Part shown: positions 1 through 12,117 of the stretch, piece by piece
Position numbering within the stretch: the stretch's first letter is position 1
How the letters are laid out: every line of letters begins with the position of its first letter
Assembly (NCBI RefSeq): GCF_006345805.1
Contig: NW_021834325.1
Span: 1-51,222, forward strand
Reading direction: 5' to 3'
Origin: Octopus sinensis
Taxonomy: Eukaryota
Length of the DNA: 51,222 bases
Notes under the pieces: model-generated
What the model was told of the DNA's origin: nothing
What the model saw: the letters and a program-made list of their open reading frames with translations, nothing else
Databases searched by the model: none
Made by a program: the position numbers and the translations under genes

Positions 1-229
1 GTGTGCATGTATGCGTGCGTCAGTGTGTGTGTGCATGTATGTGTGTGTGTGTGTGTGTGTGTACTTACATTAATATCTCTTCCAGCCAATTGATAATTTC
101 CAATAACCTTAAATGTAACCTTTCACTTCATTAATGCAACAAAACACCAGGGGGCGTTTCACACAGCAACTTGGAGCTTGCGACCCGTCTCCTCTGTCTC
201 TTCGCTGAAAATTGATACTATAAGCACTG

Positions 230-1220
230 CACACCGCCGCCACCATCATCACCATCATCATCATGATCATCACCATCCTTAGTAGCAGCAACAGCGGCAG
301 CAGCAGCAACAGCGGCAGAAGCAGCAGCATCACCACCACCACCACCATTATCCTCATTATCACCATGAATTTATTGTCTTCCCCCCCCAAACCAACAACA
401 AAGAACACGACTCAAGCATATTAACTTATCGACTTACAATAACAGAGGAAAGGTTTCAACTCCGGCTGATTCGAAGCCATCCATCATCGCCATCCACACA
501 CATCATCACATCATCATATAATCTTCATCATCACATCATCATCATCATCTTCATCATCATCACTATCATCACCGCCGCCACTACCATCACCATCACCACC
601 ATCATCAACATCACCATCATCATCATCACCACCATCATCAATATCACCATCATCATCATCACCATCATCATCATCAATCTCATCACCATCAACCGCCACC
701 ATCACCACCACCACCACCATTATCCTCATTATCACCATGAAGTTTATTGTCTTCCCCCGCCAAACCAACAACAAAGAACACGACTCAAGCAATATATAAC
801 TTATCGACTTATCAATAACAGAGGAAAGGTTTCAACTCCGGCTGATTCGAAGCCACCATCATCGCCATCATCACCATCATCACCATCATCATTATAATCT
901 TCATCATCATCATCATCATCATCTTCATCATCATCACTATCATCACCGCCGCCACTACCATCACCATCACCACCATCATCAACATCACCATCATCATCAT
1001 CACCACCATCATCAATATCACCATCATCATCATCACCATCATCATCATCATCTTCATCACCATCACCGCCACCATCACCACCACCACCATCATCCTCATC
1101 ATCATCATCACATCACACCATCATATCTGCCGCCATCACCATCACCACCATCGTCATCACCATCATCATCATCTCCACCACCACAACCACCACCACCATC
1201 ATCATCATCACCATCACCAC

Positions 1221-1252
<32 letters not shown>

Positions 1253-1310
1253 ACGTCATCACCCCCCCCACCATCACCGCACCACCACAACCACCCTTCT
1301 CCCTTCCTCC
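230..1310. repeat. (CAT/CAC)n trinucleotide low-complexity tract containing a ~375-bp tandem duplication (348-719 / 720-1095)
   Basis: Unique ~130-bp core (ttatcctcattatcaccatgaa...gattcgaagcc) occurs at ~348-478 and ~720-854; the following CAT-repeat variants also recur in register. Confidence 0.9.
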
Positions 1311-1810
1311 TTACCATTTAGAGACCCTCCCAGTTATCACAAGACCCACAATTCCTCTTCACGGTTCTGCATTACCGAGCTCGTTTTAATTCCGCTGCAA
1401 ACGCTGGGCCTGACCGTCACCGAGGATTTCTTTTGGTGAAAGCACATCCTCAGCATATCCCAAAGACCCGTCCTTTCTTTCCAGGACCAGAAGATATCTC
1501 AACCGCTAACAGTTACTGATATCGAATAAAGCTCAAGCGAAACCTCACAACGGAATGCTACATCCACATCTAAGAACGGTGCTGCTACTACGTCCACAGA
1601 CATCCCGGACCACATCAAAGGAGAGGCCATTCGACTTATTGGCCTTAACTTAATAAAGGAAAACACACACAACCCCTTGATCTACAAGCATGTTGTCATC
1701 TTTCTGCTTCTTCTTATCACTGCTTCAATGTTTTCTGCTCTTCGGAGCATGCAAGTAACATACCACCACATCTCAGCTTATCCTCGACAAACACATTTTT
1801 CTATATCTTA

Positions 1811-3068
1811 CGAGGGGCATTCAATAAGTAATGCCCCTGACCCACTTCCCATAGCAGTAGAGCAACGACACTTGGCACAGTTATTAGTCTTTTCCTACAT
1901 AGGAACTACCCAGAGTTATGCATTTCTCCCATCGTTTGATACAGCTCTGGAGACCATTTTTGTAGAAGACCCCAGCTTGGTCCTCCAACCACGACGTGAC
2001 TTCAGAAATCAAGGCTGCTCATCTGGGAAACGCTTTCCTTTCAAAATCAACTTCATGGCTGGGAAGAGGTGAAAATCAGAGGGTGCAAGGGAAGGAGTTC
2101 ATAGCTGCACGCCTGTGCTTCTGATCTGGCGACACGCGAGTTGTGGACCGGAGCGTTGTCTTGCAGGAGGAGGATGCCTTTGCTGATCTTGCCCCGCCTC
2201 TTGATTTTGATAGCTTCTCTTAATTTCCTCAAAAGTGAAGCATAATAGGCTCCTGTAATTGTGGTACCCTTTGCCAGGAAATCTGTCATCACTACTCCGT
2301 CCTGGTCCCAGAAGACTGTGAGCATAACCTTGTCAGCGGAGGGCTGCACCCTTGCCTTCTTTGGAGGAGGTGAGTCACGGTGCTTTCACTGCATTGACTG
2401 GGCTTTGGTCTATGGATCATAGTGATGGACCCAGGTTTTATCCTGTGTGATCAGTCTTTTGAAAAATTTTGACTCATCTTCTTGGCACACCTCCAAATTC
2501 ATCCTCGAGCACTCAACGCGTTCTCGCTTCTGGAAAGGTGTGAGCAACCTGGAAATCCATCTGGCAGACACATTTTGCATATGCAAATGGTCATGAATGA
2601 TAGTTTCCACAGACCCGGTACTAATCTTGACCTTATGGGCTATTTGGCGAATAGTTATGCGTTGACCTTCCAAAATGGCAGCCTCAACTTGACGGACAGA
2701 CGTCTCATCAACGGCAGAAGAGGGCAACCAGATCTGGAGTGTTTTTCCACAGAGTTCCGACTATGTTTGAATTTACAATGCCAGCGTTTTACAAGGTCAT
2801 ATGATGGGGCATCATCACCATAAGTTACTTTCATTTCATCAAAAGTTCCCGTGGTGGTGCGTCCTTTCAAATACAAAACCGATCACTGATCGACACTCAA
2901 CAGCTCCATTTCACACTTGACTCAGTTCAAAAACCTGTAAATCAGAAACCACAATTAGTTCAGAGCTGTAATTCACCACGTAATCTATAGAGGTATAAAT
3001 ATGCAAAATTTCAGCTAGATCAAACAACTGCAAGTGGGTCAGGGGCATTACTTATTGAACGCCCCTCG
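1811..3068 (-). mobile_element. Full-length mariner (DD34D) DNA transposon, Hsmar2/irritans-like termini
   Basis: 37-bp TIRs cgaggggcattcaataagtaatgcccctgacccactt (1811-1847) and 3032-3068 with 1 mismatch; TA at 1809-1810 and 3069-3070; 1258 bp. Confidence 0.95.
1884..2909 (-). pseudogene. Mariner transposase pseudogene (frameshifted; HPPYSPD motif deleted)
   Basis: Fragments GDDAPSYDLVKRW, WISRLLT, ITQDKTWVHHYDP, VMLTVFWD, LLQDNAPVH, LAPSDFHLF, KRWEKC...YVGKD*. Confidence 0.92.
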
Positions 3069-3152
3069 TACCACTACTGATGCTTCTAATTCACTTAGCT
3101 AATCACTAAACATAATAATTAGTCCGTTCCACGTCGAACATGGCTTTGTTTT

Positions 3153-3310
3153 TTCTTTTCTCTACAACTCACCTTTTGTAAAGTGAGTGATGAAGTAAAA
3201 TCCGAAAAAAATTATTTTGCTGTTGGAGTTGAAATGTAGGCGGCACAGACGTGACTCTGGTTTATTCCCCAACTGAAAGAACCCTGTTGTATATATATAT
3301 ATATATATAT

Positions 3311-3355
<45 letters not shown>

Positions 3356-3572
3356 AATAATATATATATATATATATATATAAAAGGTTCTTTCAGTTTC
3401 TTTGGTCTGTTCGACCCTATAGTGGAAAGTACTTGTCGTAGGCCCCACGCAGTTGGAGAATAAATCAGTGTCACGTCTGTGCCGCCTACATTTCAACTCC
3501 AACAGCAAAAATAATTTTTTCGGATTTTACTTCATCACTCACTTTACAAAAGGTGAGTTGTAGAGAAAAGAA
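3153..3572. repeat. Inverted duplication (~122-bp arms) centred on a (TA)n microsatellite
   Basis: 3154-3275 is the near-exact reverse complement of 3450-3571; short inner arms aactgaaagaacc / ggttctttcagtt flank the TA tract. Confidence 0.92.
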
Positions 3573-4094
3573 TACTGTTTGCTAGACAATGATTTAGGAG
3601 AAAATATGAGCTGGGTTCATTATTTGTCCTTTGCAGATGTTATAAGCGTGGGCATATGAAAGCAATTATATGCAAACATGTGCAAATGTTTGTAAAAATG
3701 ACAGCCATAACAAAATATAATTGAAGTGAGGAAACAAAGTTAACTACACATGAGCAACACTTTATAGTACATCGCTCTGCGACTATATAAACGTCTGTGC
3801 ATGTGTGTGCATTTGTGTGTGCATGTGTACGTGTGTTTGTGTGTGTGTGTGTCTGTGTGTGTGTGTGTGTGTGTTTTGTGTGTGTAATTATTTTGCTTAG
3901 GCATATCGAGACTAATAATTTGTCAGTAGTTAGAATCCAATATACATCAGCTTTAAGACATTCATTCTAATGGCTCCACAGAAGTTATAAGGTATTACAC
4001 ACAAGCATTCAGCTCTGAGTGCACTACTTCAAGTGGAAGAAACAGCTGTAAGCTGATATATCTAATTATGTCATTCCTGTTCCCTTGTCATTCA

Positions 4095-4136
<42 letters not shown>

Positions 4137-4139
4137 GTC

Positions 4140-7100
4140 ATTTACTTTTAATCTGCATGTTTGATGCAATCACCTGCCGGGGCACACCCAGCGCCCTAGG
4201 GCAAGTGAAGGTTAAGAGTTGTTGAAATATAGCTGAAAGCTTGGGGAGGGGAAGTAGAGAAATATCTCCATGTAATACAAACACAAACATTTACATTGAT
4301 AGGGTTTTCTAAGGATGTGGGCAGTACTTGTTAGCACAATCTTTTGGATTTCCTTGAGACATGGTTTTCCAGGGATATTGTCTAGGTGTTTCTGACATCC
4401 CTTTTTTATCATACCTAGGGCACCTACAATAACAGGAACAGTTTTTGTTTTAAGATTCCACATCCTCTGTATTTCGATTTCCAGGTCCTTATATTTACTA
4501 AGTTTGTCAAATTCCTTGACATACATTTTTATCAGTGGGGACGCTTACTTCTATTAGTCTGCAGGTATTTTCTTCCCTGTCTTTAACAATTATGTCTGGT
4601 CGATTAGCCTTGATCGTTCTGTCAGTGTTGACTGGAAAATCCCAGAGGATGGTGACATCTTTACCTTCAACAACTGGCTGAGGATGGTGTTCATACCAGT
4701 TAGCAGGAGTGTCGGATTTGTAGTGTTTACATATCTTCCAATGTATATACTGTCCTACCCTATCGTGGCGATTTTTGTATTCGTTTGGTGTCAGCACAGG
4801 ACATCCCGAAACGAGATGGTCTATTGTTTCGTCAAATGTGTCACAGAATCTGCATTTAGGGTCAGTACCGTTTCGGAGAACGTTAGCCTGGTAATTTCTG
4901 GTAAACAAGCTTTGATCTTGTGCTGCCATTATGAAGCCTTCAGTCTCTGCTTTCAATCCAGAACTCTTCAGCCACTGATGGGTTGTTGCTTGGTCTACAT
5001 CAGCATTTTGGCTTCGGAGAATGTATTGTCCATGCAGGGGCTTCTGGCTCCACCGCCTCTCAATTTGATTCTGCCCATTCTTTTTTGCAGTCTGCCTGAT
5101 TCGCTTTGCTTGCTTGGTAGCAGTGGTTTCTGGCTCTTCACCTGATTCAAGGTTAATGCCTAGTTCCCTTTCGAACTTATAAGCTTCCTTGACAATAGAA
5201 TGCAGCTTTTTGCTGCTTTCGTGTTCACACACAAGTCGCAGCAGCATCCAGTCTTTTGTACTAGATAGGTACCTGTTCATTCCTACAGTAGAGGTCTTAT
5301 AGCACAGCTCCAATTGCATCATTCCTCTCCCCCCGCTGCTTCTAGGTAGGTACAAGCGGTCTACATCTGCCTTAGGGTGGTGCATGCTCCTGGATGTCAG
5401 TAACTTTCTTGTCTTCCTGTCCAAGCGTTGGAGTTCCGTAAGGTTCCAGTTAATGATGTTAAAACTGTACTGGACTACTGGAAGTGCCAGGGTGTTAATG
5501 GCCTCAATGCAATTTTTGGAGTTGAGTTCAGTCTTCAGTACAAGCCTTATTCTCCTATAGTACTCCTTTCTTATTTTTTCCTTCATAGTAGCATGATGTA
5601 TACCATCTCCTTCGTTGATTCCTAGGTATTTGTAGCTTTCTTGTGGGTCAAGTTCCTTGATGGTAGTGTCAATATCTAATTTAACAGAAGCTGTTTGCCT
5701 GAGCTTGCCTCTTACAAAAGTTGCTTTAGCACACTTATCAAGGCCAAAATCCATTCCGATATCATTGCTAAACTCTTTAACAGTTGTTAGCAGCCCTTCT
5801 AGCTCTTGGTCATTCTTGGCAAACAGCTTTAGATCGTCCATATAAAAAAGGTGGTTTATTAACTTGCTAAAAACTTTGTACCCATATCTGGCACTATCCA
5901 ATTCGTTTGAGAGTGGGATCAGTGCCATGCAAAAAAGTAATGGAGAGAGGGGGTCACCTTGAAAGATGCCTCATTTGATGTTGATGCTGTTGGACTGGCT
6001 CATCCCATTACTATGGCTTAGAAAGAGACGTGTGTTCCACATGGTCATGCTATTCTCTAAGAATTTTGAGACGACAGGGGAGATTTGTATATCTCAAGGG
6101 CCTTGAGTATCCATTTATGTGGGACACTGTCATACGCTTTCCTGTAGTCTATCCATGCCATACTCAGGTTTTTGTTTTTGCTCCGGCAATTCTCTACAAT
6201 CATTCTGTTTATGAGCAATTGGTCTTTGCACCCATAAGAGTTTCTTTTACAACCTTTTTGAGCTTGTGGAAGGATAGAATTTTGTTCAAGGAAAGCGTAC
6301 ATTCTCTCCGTTATTATGGATGTGAGGATTTTGTAGGTGGTGTTGAGACATGTTATTGGCCGGTAATTCTTTGGGTTTTTTGTGTCTTCGGTTTTAGGTA
6401 ATAGGTAGGTGGTTCCTTCAGTCAGCCAAGCAGGTATTTGCTCTGGGTTCTGAATGACATCAGACAGAGATGCAGCGAGATGTTCGTGTACCTCTGTCAA
6501 ACAATTCAGCCAGAAGTTAGGGATCCGATCCAGTCCTGGGGTTTTCCATTTATGAGCCTTCCTAAGGACACACCTTAGCTCCTCTATTCCTATTGCTTCC
6601 CATTTCTGTTCTTCAAGTTCATCCAGTCTCTCTTTCTCACGTTCTATCCAGTCAGCCTCAGCATTAAACTCTTTTTCGTTGCTCCATACCTTCTTCCAGA
6701 ACTCCTCCACTTCCTCAATCTTAGGTGGATCTTCTATGTGTATTTTATTTTTGCCAATTTCCCTATAAAATTTCTTTGCATCTGTCTTAAAAAATTTATT
6801 TTGTCGATAAAATTTGTTTCTTTTGTCATACCTTCTAAGCCGTTGAGCTTTCAACTGTATCCGTTGTTTCAACAGTTCCTTAGTTGCAGGGAGGTTTATG
6901 AGATCTTTGATTTTATATTTTTGCTTGATTTTTCTAGCTTTTCTCGGCTTAATATTCACTCCTCTAGCAAGCTCATCGAGAACTGAAACATCCGCCCGCA
7001 GAGATTCAATCTCTTTTTGTATCGCTACTTTCCACTTAGGAGGTTCATTGACATGCCTGGCCTTTTTCTTTGTCATCTTAATACCTAGTTGGGTAGTTAC

Positions 7101-7950
7101 TACTTTAGCAGTGGAATAAATGAGATTATTTAAGGTTGTCAAATCATTCCCCTTATTTCTTAAGATCTGTCCTAGGGCAACGTTATATGTCATGATTGTG
7201 TTGTTATTTCTTGTGCCATTTGAAAACTTTGGTAGTGGTTCTCTATTAACCATGTCAGTGAGCTCAATCTTGCCGAGTTCTCTCATAATGTCCACTTTTG
7301 CTTCCATAATCTTTTCTCTATTATTCACCTCAAATTCTATGTCATATCTATTTTGGTTTCTTGAGGAAGGTCTACGTTCTCCTCTTTTTTCAAATCTCTC
7401 GTCTTCGCTATTCTTTGTTTAACTTCCCCATTGGGAAGTTGATTTGCCGCTTGTACACTGGCTTCTGTGCTACTGTTACCTATTTCGTCTACATTGTTGC
7501 TGTTTTCTTTTGGTCTACCATGAGCTATTAGTGTCCTAATTTTGTCAATTTCAGCGTCAGTTAGTCTTTTGTTTTTAATTATATCTCTGCGTACATTACT
7601 TAATTTATTTGCGTCTATATATCTACGTACGTCATTGCCTACTGAATTTCTCCATGAGATGTATGTTTGTACACTGAGGTTATTGTTTGGGTTTAGTTGG
7701 GCTGTATAAAAAGCTTTCAACACATCTCTATAGTCCTCTCTGGTCCATTTTATACGTTTTGCTTTAGGTGGTGTCACTACAAGTCCAGAGTTAGAAGTAT
7801 TCTGGTTCTGGTCACCTGGTAGATCGTCTTTTTGAGAGTTTGTTCCAGCAGCAAACTTTTCGACCCCAGTCTGGTTCCCTACTGGGTAACGCGGTCCTTG
7901 TTGTCCCGGGCGATGACCGATCCGGCATGATTTTTGGCTTGTTTTCATTA
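4140..7950 (-). mobile_element. R4/Dong-clade non-LTR retrotransposon, copy A, near full length, 3' end abutting (TAA)n
   Basis: Single long ORF with RT followed by CCHC and restriction-like endonuclease; ~150-bp 3' UTR runs into (ATT)n at ~4097-4137. Confidence 0.95.
4291..7948 (-). pseudogene. Dong/R4 polyprotein: Myb-like N-terminus, reverse transcriptase, CCHC zinc knuckle, RLE endonuclease (disrupted)
   Basis: KRIKWTREDY (N-terminal), [85 protein letters not shown]; 1-nt deletions near 7340, 6085, 4520 and 4305 and a TGA at 5971-5973. Confidence 0.93.
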
Positions 7951-8322
7951 AATGATTGACGGCGACATCAGAGGGTCCATTTTTTCAGAGTCAACTTTTT
8001 GACAAGACGCGCCGCTTCTGTGACGGTGACAGGGTCAATTTTTTGACAAAACACCGCTTCTGAATTCTCCGAATTAATATATTGTTCATATCGAACTCGC
8101 ATAAGACTTACAGATCGAAATTCGCCTCTATTTCTTTTGTAGTCATGTTTCCGGGCATAACTGTGTAGTGACTTTCTAAATTCAGTGACCAATTTTCTCT
8201 TTTTTTGCGTTTGTTCGTGAAAAATCGCTTTGTTTTTTTTTTGTTTTCGTCCGCGTAACGTGGTTTTTCTTCTGTGTACGTGTGAGCGCGTGTATGCATT
8301 ATTTATGCTTTATAATTAAAAT

Positions 8323-9065
8323 GGTTAATATCTAGATCCGCACCCGGTGGAAAAAATGGAAACTAAAATGTGTAACAGTTGTAAGGCATCGTATATCGAC
8401 GTAATAAGACGGAAAAAAAGGGCGCTGACGAACGGGGGTGGGGAGTGGGGGGGCTCGGAAAATTCCCAGGATCAACCCTAGAGGATCATGGAAAAAAATA
8501 TGTGTAACAGGTGTAAGGCATCGTATATTGAAGGAATATGACGAAAACAAAGCGCGCTGACAAACGGGTGGGGGGGGGAGGGGGCTCGGAAAATTGCCTA
8601 CGATTTAAAGAAAAATTTACCATCAATTTTCACCATTGTGTTTCTGATTCGCGACCCCATGTCGAATTTATCGATTTTTTTCAGAACTGGGGGAACTTTT
8701 CAAAATTTTCGCTGCGTTAGTTTTGAATTATGACATTGGGCTATGTGTGTGAAATGCGTTTAAAATGTTGAAAATTGATGGTAAATTTTTCTTTAAATCG
8801 TAGGCAATTTTCCGAGGCCCCCCCCGTTTGTCAGCGCGCTTTGTTTTCGTCATATTCCTTCAATATACGATGCCTTACACCTGTTACACATATTTTTTTC
8901 CATGATCCTCTACGGTTGATCCTGGGAATTTCCCGAGCCCCCCACCCCCACCCCCGTTTGTCAGCGCGCTTTTTTTCCGTCTTATTCCGTCAATATACGA
9001 TGCCTTACAACTGTTACACATTTTCGTTTCCATTTTTCCCACCGGTGCGGATCTAGATATTAACC
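8323..9065. mobile_element. Non-autonomous foldback/MITE, ~310-bp TIRs, 8-bp TSD ATTAAAAT, GG...CC termini (Merlin- or MULE-like)
   Basis: Arms 8323-8637 and 8764-9065 are reverse complements starting GGTTAATATCTAGATCCGCAC; ATTAAAAT at 8315-8322 and 9066-9073; each arm has two ~128-bp subrepeats. Superfamily assignment is inference. Confidence 0.88.
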
Positions 9066-9068
9066 ATT

Positions 9069-9160
9069 AAAATGTGTACATGTATGCACAAACAGTTGCA
9101 TGTATACTTTATAATTAAAATGTGTACGTGTATGCATAAACAGTTGCATGTATACTTATT
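9069..9160. repeat. Two-copy 48-bp tandem repeat
   Basis: aaaatgtgtac(a/g)tgtatgca(c/t)aaacagttgcatgtatactt at 9069 and 9117. Confidence 0.85.
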
Positions 9161-9430
9161 TAATTAATTAATTAATTAATCAATTTATGTACTTACTGTC
9201 TTTCAAGAGCTCTGATGTTCGCTTCTATTTCTTATGCATGTCACATGGAAATATTGTGCATAAAAGAAAGAAAACCATACTATATATGGCAATAATAGTT
9301 CGGACTTTTTAGTTACTTTGCCTTAAAAGAAAATTTGGAAAAGATATTTTGTGGAACCTTTCTTCCATTGTAACGATGTTGTTGGATTAAATTCGTTTTT
9401 TGGAGAGAGGCTCCCAGGGAACATCCATGT

Positions 9431-9525
9431 TGTTATTCAGCCCGGAGCTGAATCTGTTATTCAGCCCGGAGCTGAATCTTTTATTCAGCCCGGAGCTGAA
9501 TCTGTTATTCAGCCCGGAGCTGAAT
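9431..9525. repeat. 24-bp quasi-palindromic minisatellite, 4 copies
   Basis: Unit tgttattcagcccggagctgaatc; internal attcagc/gctgaat inverted repeat. Confidence 0.92.
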
Positions 9526-9550
9526 TTATTATTATTATAATTTATTATAA

Positions 9551-9626
<76 letters not shown>

Positions 9627-9838
9627 GTATATATATGTATATATATGTATATATGTACGTGTTAGCGTTGATTTGTGGGTTCGATTCTGGCTAGGGTTAA
9701 ATCCTTAAATCCTTAAAAATGTTTTAGCCCGAAGGCCGCGGCCATGCTGGGGCACCAATTTTTCAGTCATTTGTTTATATTTAAAAGTTGTCGCTTCAAA
9801 TCGGAGAATATATATTATAATGATATATTATTATACAG

Positions 9839-9885
<47 letters not shown>

Positions 9886-10139
9886 TTTTCAGCCACACAT
9901 TTTCCTATATATATATATATATAAAGCTTTCATTACTTGCATACATACTTAATATCACTCTATATATCACGGTATCGACCACACTATCGAATGCTGTTAT
10001 ACATCGCTGGTCACAATGCGCTTTGAATTATTTTAACTTTGTAATTATGACAGGCTTTGTGAGCAGACCAATATGTGTATGTGTGTACACACACACACAG
10101 ACACGCACACAAACAGACATATATATATGTATATATATG

Positions 10140-10380
10140 TATATATAGTTGTGTCTGTGTTTGTTACTCCCCCGGTTATGGGTGTATTTACGTCTTCCTA
10201 AATCAGCGCTTCGGCAAAACAGACCGATAGAATAATTAAGTAGCAGGGTTTTAAAAAAATTAATAAAAAAAGATTTAATAAAAAAAAACAAAAAATAAAA
10301 CGAAATACTGGGATCGATTCGTTTGGCTAAAATTCTCCAGTCTAATGGCTGAAACAATAAAAAAATAAAAAATTAAAGAT
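10140..10380 (+). mobile_element. Degraded 3' half of the main tRNA-derived SINE family
   Basis: ttcggcaaaacagaccgatagaata...gggatcgattcgtttggctaaa...ggctgaaaca resembles the full copy at 41055-41457. Confidence 0.7.
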
Positions 10381-10966
10381 TAAAGATAAAAGATTGAATA
10401 TAAAAGATATGTCGGAGGACAGATCTGTGAGTCAGGGCTCGCCGATCAGGGATGACCCGATTTTACATAATATCAGCAAGTTAAACAACAAGAAGAGCAA
10501 CAATGGAAGAAACTGTCAGAAAAACAACATTGATGTGAACACACAGATAAACACATAAGTTGTTTACCTTCAAGTAAGGTATGCAATATTGAGCTGAACA
10601 ATTTAAATATTTATTCAATAGAATATCAGTGTATTTCTCACAGCAGAATGTCATTTCTTTTGTTTTTGTTATTTCATGAGATTATTTCAGAATTGCTATA
10701 AATAAAATGAATCTAATATGAAAATGAATTTATCTCGAAACTGAGATATTACAATTAAAAAAAAAAAAAAAACAAACAAAAACAAACAAAAACAAGTCAG
10801 AGTAAAATAAAATAAAATAAAATAAAATAAAATCGATTCTGTGCATTCGATTCATTTATTTCAATCATCTTGTTCCCAAGTAACAACAATTTTACAGGAA
10901 ACGATTCTCAACTAATTACACACACACGCACACACACGCACACACACGCACACACACGCACACACA

Positions 10967-10997
<31 letters not shown>

Positions 10998-12073
10998 TTC
11001 ACACACACACACACACACACACACTTCTTACGTATGTGTGTGTGTGGGTGGCTGATTATCTGTGTTTTTGCACTATGTATATCATACATATATGTTGGTA
11101 TAATACACACACACACATACATACACACATACACACACAGATAAAATAGAGCGATATATATATATGTATACATACACACACACACACACATATATATTTA
11201 TTCAATAGAATATATATGTAATATATATATATATTTAAATATATATATGTAAAATATACACTGTACACACACGCGCATAAATATATTATACATGTATATA
11301 TGTATAATATAAACGTATATATATATATATATTTGTGTGTGTATATATATATGTGTGTGTGTGTACTATATACATTATACATTATAAAACAAGCATTGTT
11401 TTAGCTATGAAATTATCGTAACCCGTGTTTTACCTGTTCTGTTCCTTACAACCTCGGGATTTCATTCGCATTTTTAGCAGCTAAATTTGCTAAATCGTGA
11501 GTTGTATGGTGTTTCTCAGCTTTTGGAAGCATGCTCGAAGCTTACTAATGTAATGCACACACACATACACACACACACACACGCACACGCACACATGTGT
11601 GTAAAATTATTTGTGTAAAGTCATATGTAACACGCTCGAGCATAATGAACGCCCCTCAGGTAATATTCTCTGGGAACACACAAAAGCCCTTTTTAGAACT
11701 ATTTACTTTGAATTGTTATTACCTCATATCTTATTAGCCTGTTATTGCGTAACATGCTTCACTATTTTAGTATACGTACCGTATTGGTATTTCCTCCTAA
11801 GTTCTATATACTCTGGGAACGTATTAAAACCCTCTTTGGGGCTACTTTATTTGAATTCTTACTATCGGATAACTAATTTCATGTTATTACATAACTGACT
11901 TCACAATTTAGGTATTCATAACTTATTGGAAATTCCTAAAAACAAGATCCTGTGTTAGACAGTTTTAAGGGCTACATACTTCGTATTGTTGTTATTGGAT
12001 TAGCGAAACAATTATGAGAACGGAACCAAGGGATAAGTTCCACCTTTCCGGGAATTACCGGGTACATCAGCTA

Positions 12074-12114
<41 letters not shown>

Positions 12115-12117
<3 letters not shown>

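Noticed and set aside
432-480. Possible minus-strand exon GFESAGVETFPLL with a GTAAGT donor
   Set aside because: No acceptor upstream (only GAT/GGT repeats), the donor is broken in the second copy, and the peptide is not recognised.
109-1317. Met/Val/Asp-rich ORFs, and the many YI/CV/HT/MYVC-repeat ORFs elsewhere in the track
   Set aside because: They are translations of CAT, TA, CA and TACA microsatellites, not genes.
4684-5145. Plus-strand ORFs overlapping transposon ORFs (also 2482-2823 and 43791-44378)
   Set aside because: Antisense shadows of mariner/Dong coding sequence with no independent motifs.
7907-7919. HDV-like ribozyme at the 5' end of Dong A (CGG-UCAUCGC-CCG resembles P3/L3)
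   Set aside because: No P1 partner, P1.1 or P2 could be found by eye.
9431-9525. CRISPR-like palindromic repeat array
   Set aside because: Repeats are contiguous with no spacers, there are no cas genes, and the context is eukaryotic.
11644-11660. Mariner TIR-like atgaacgcccctc
   Set aside because: Short and solitary, with no partner TIR or transposase sequence.
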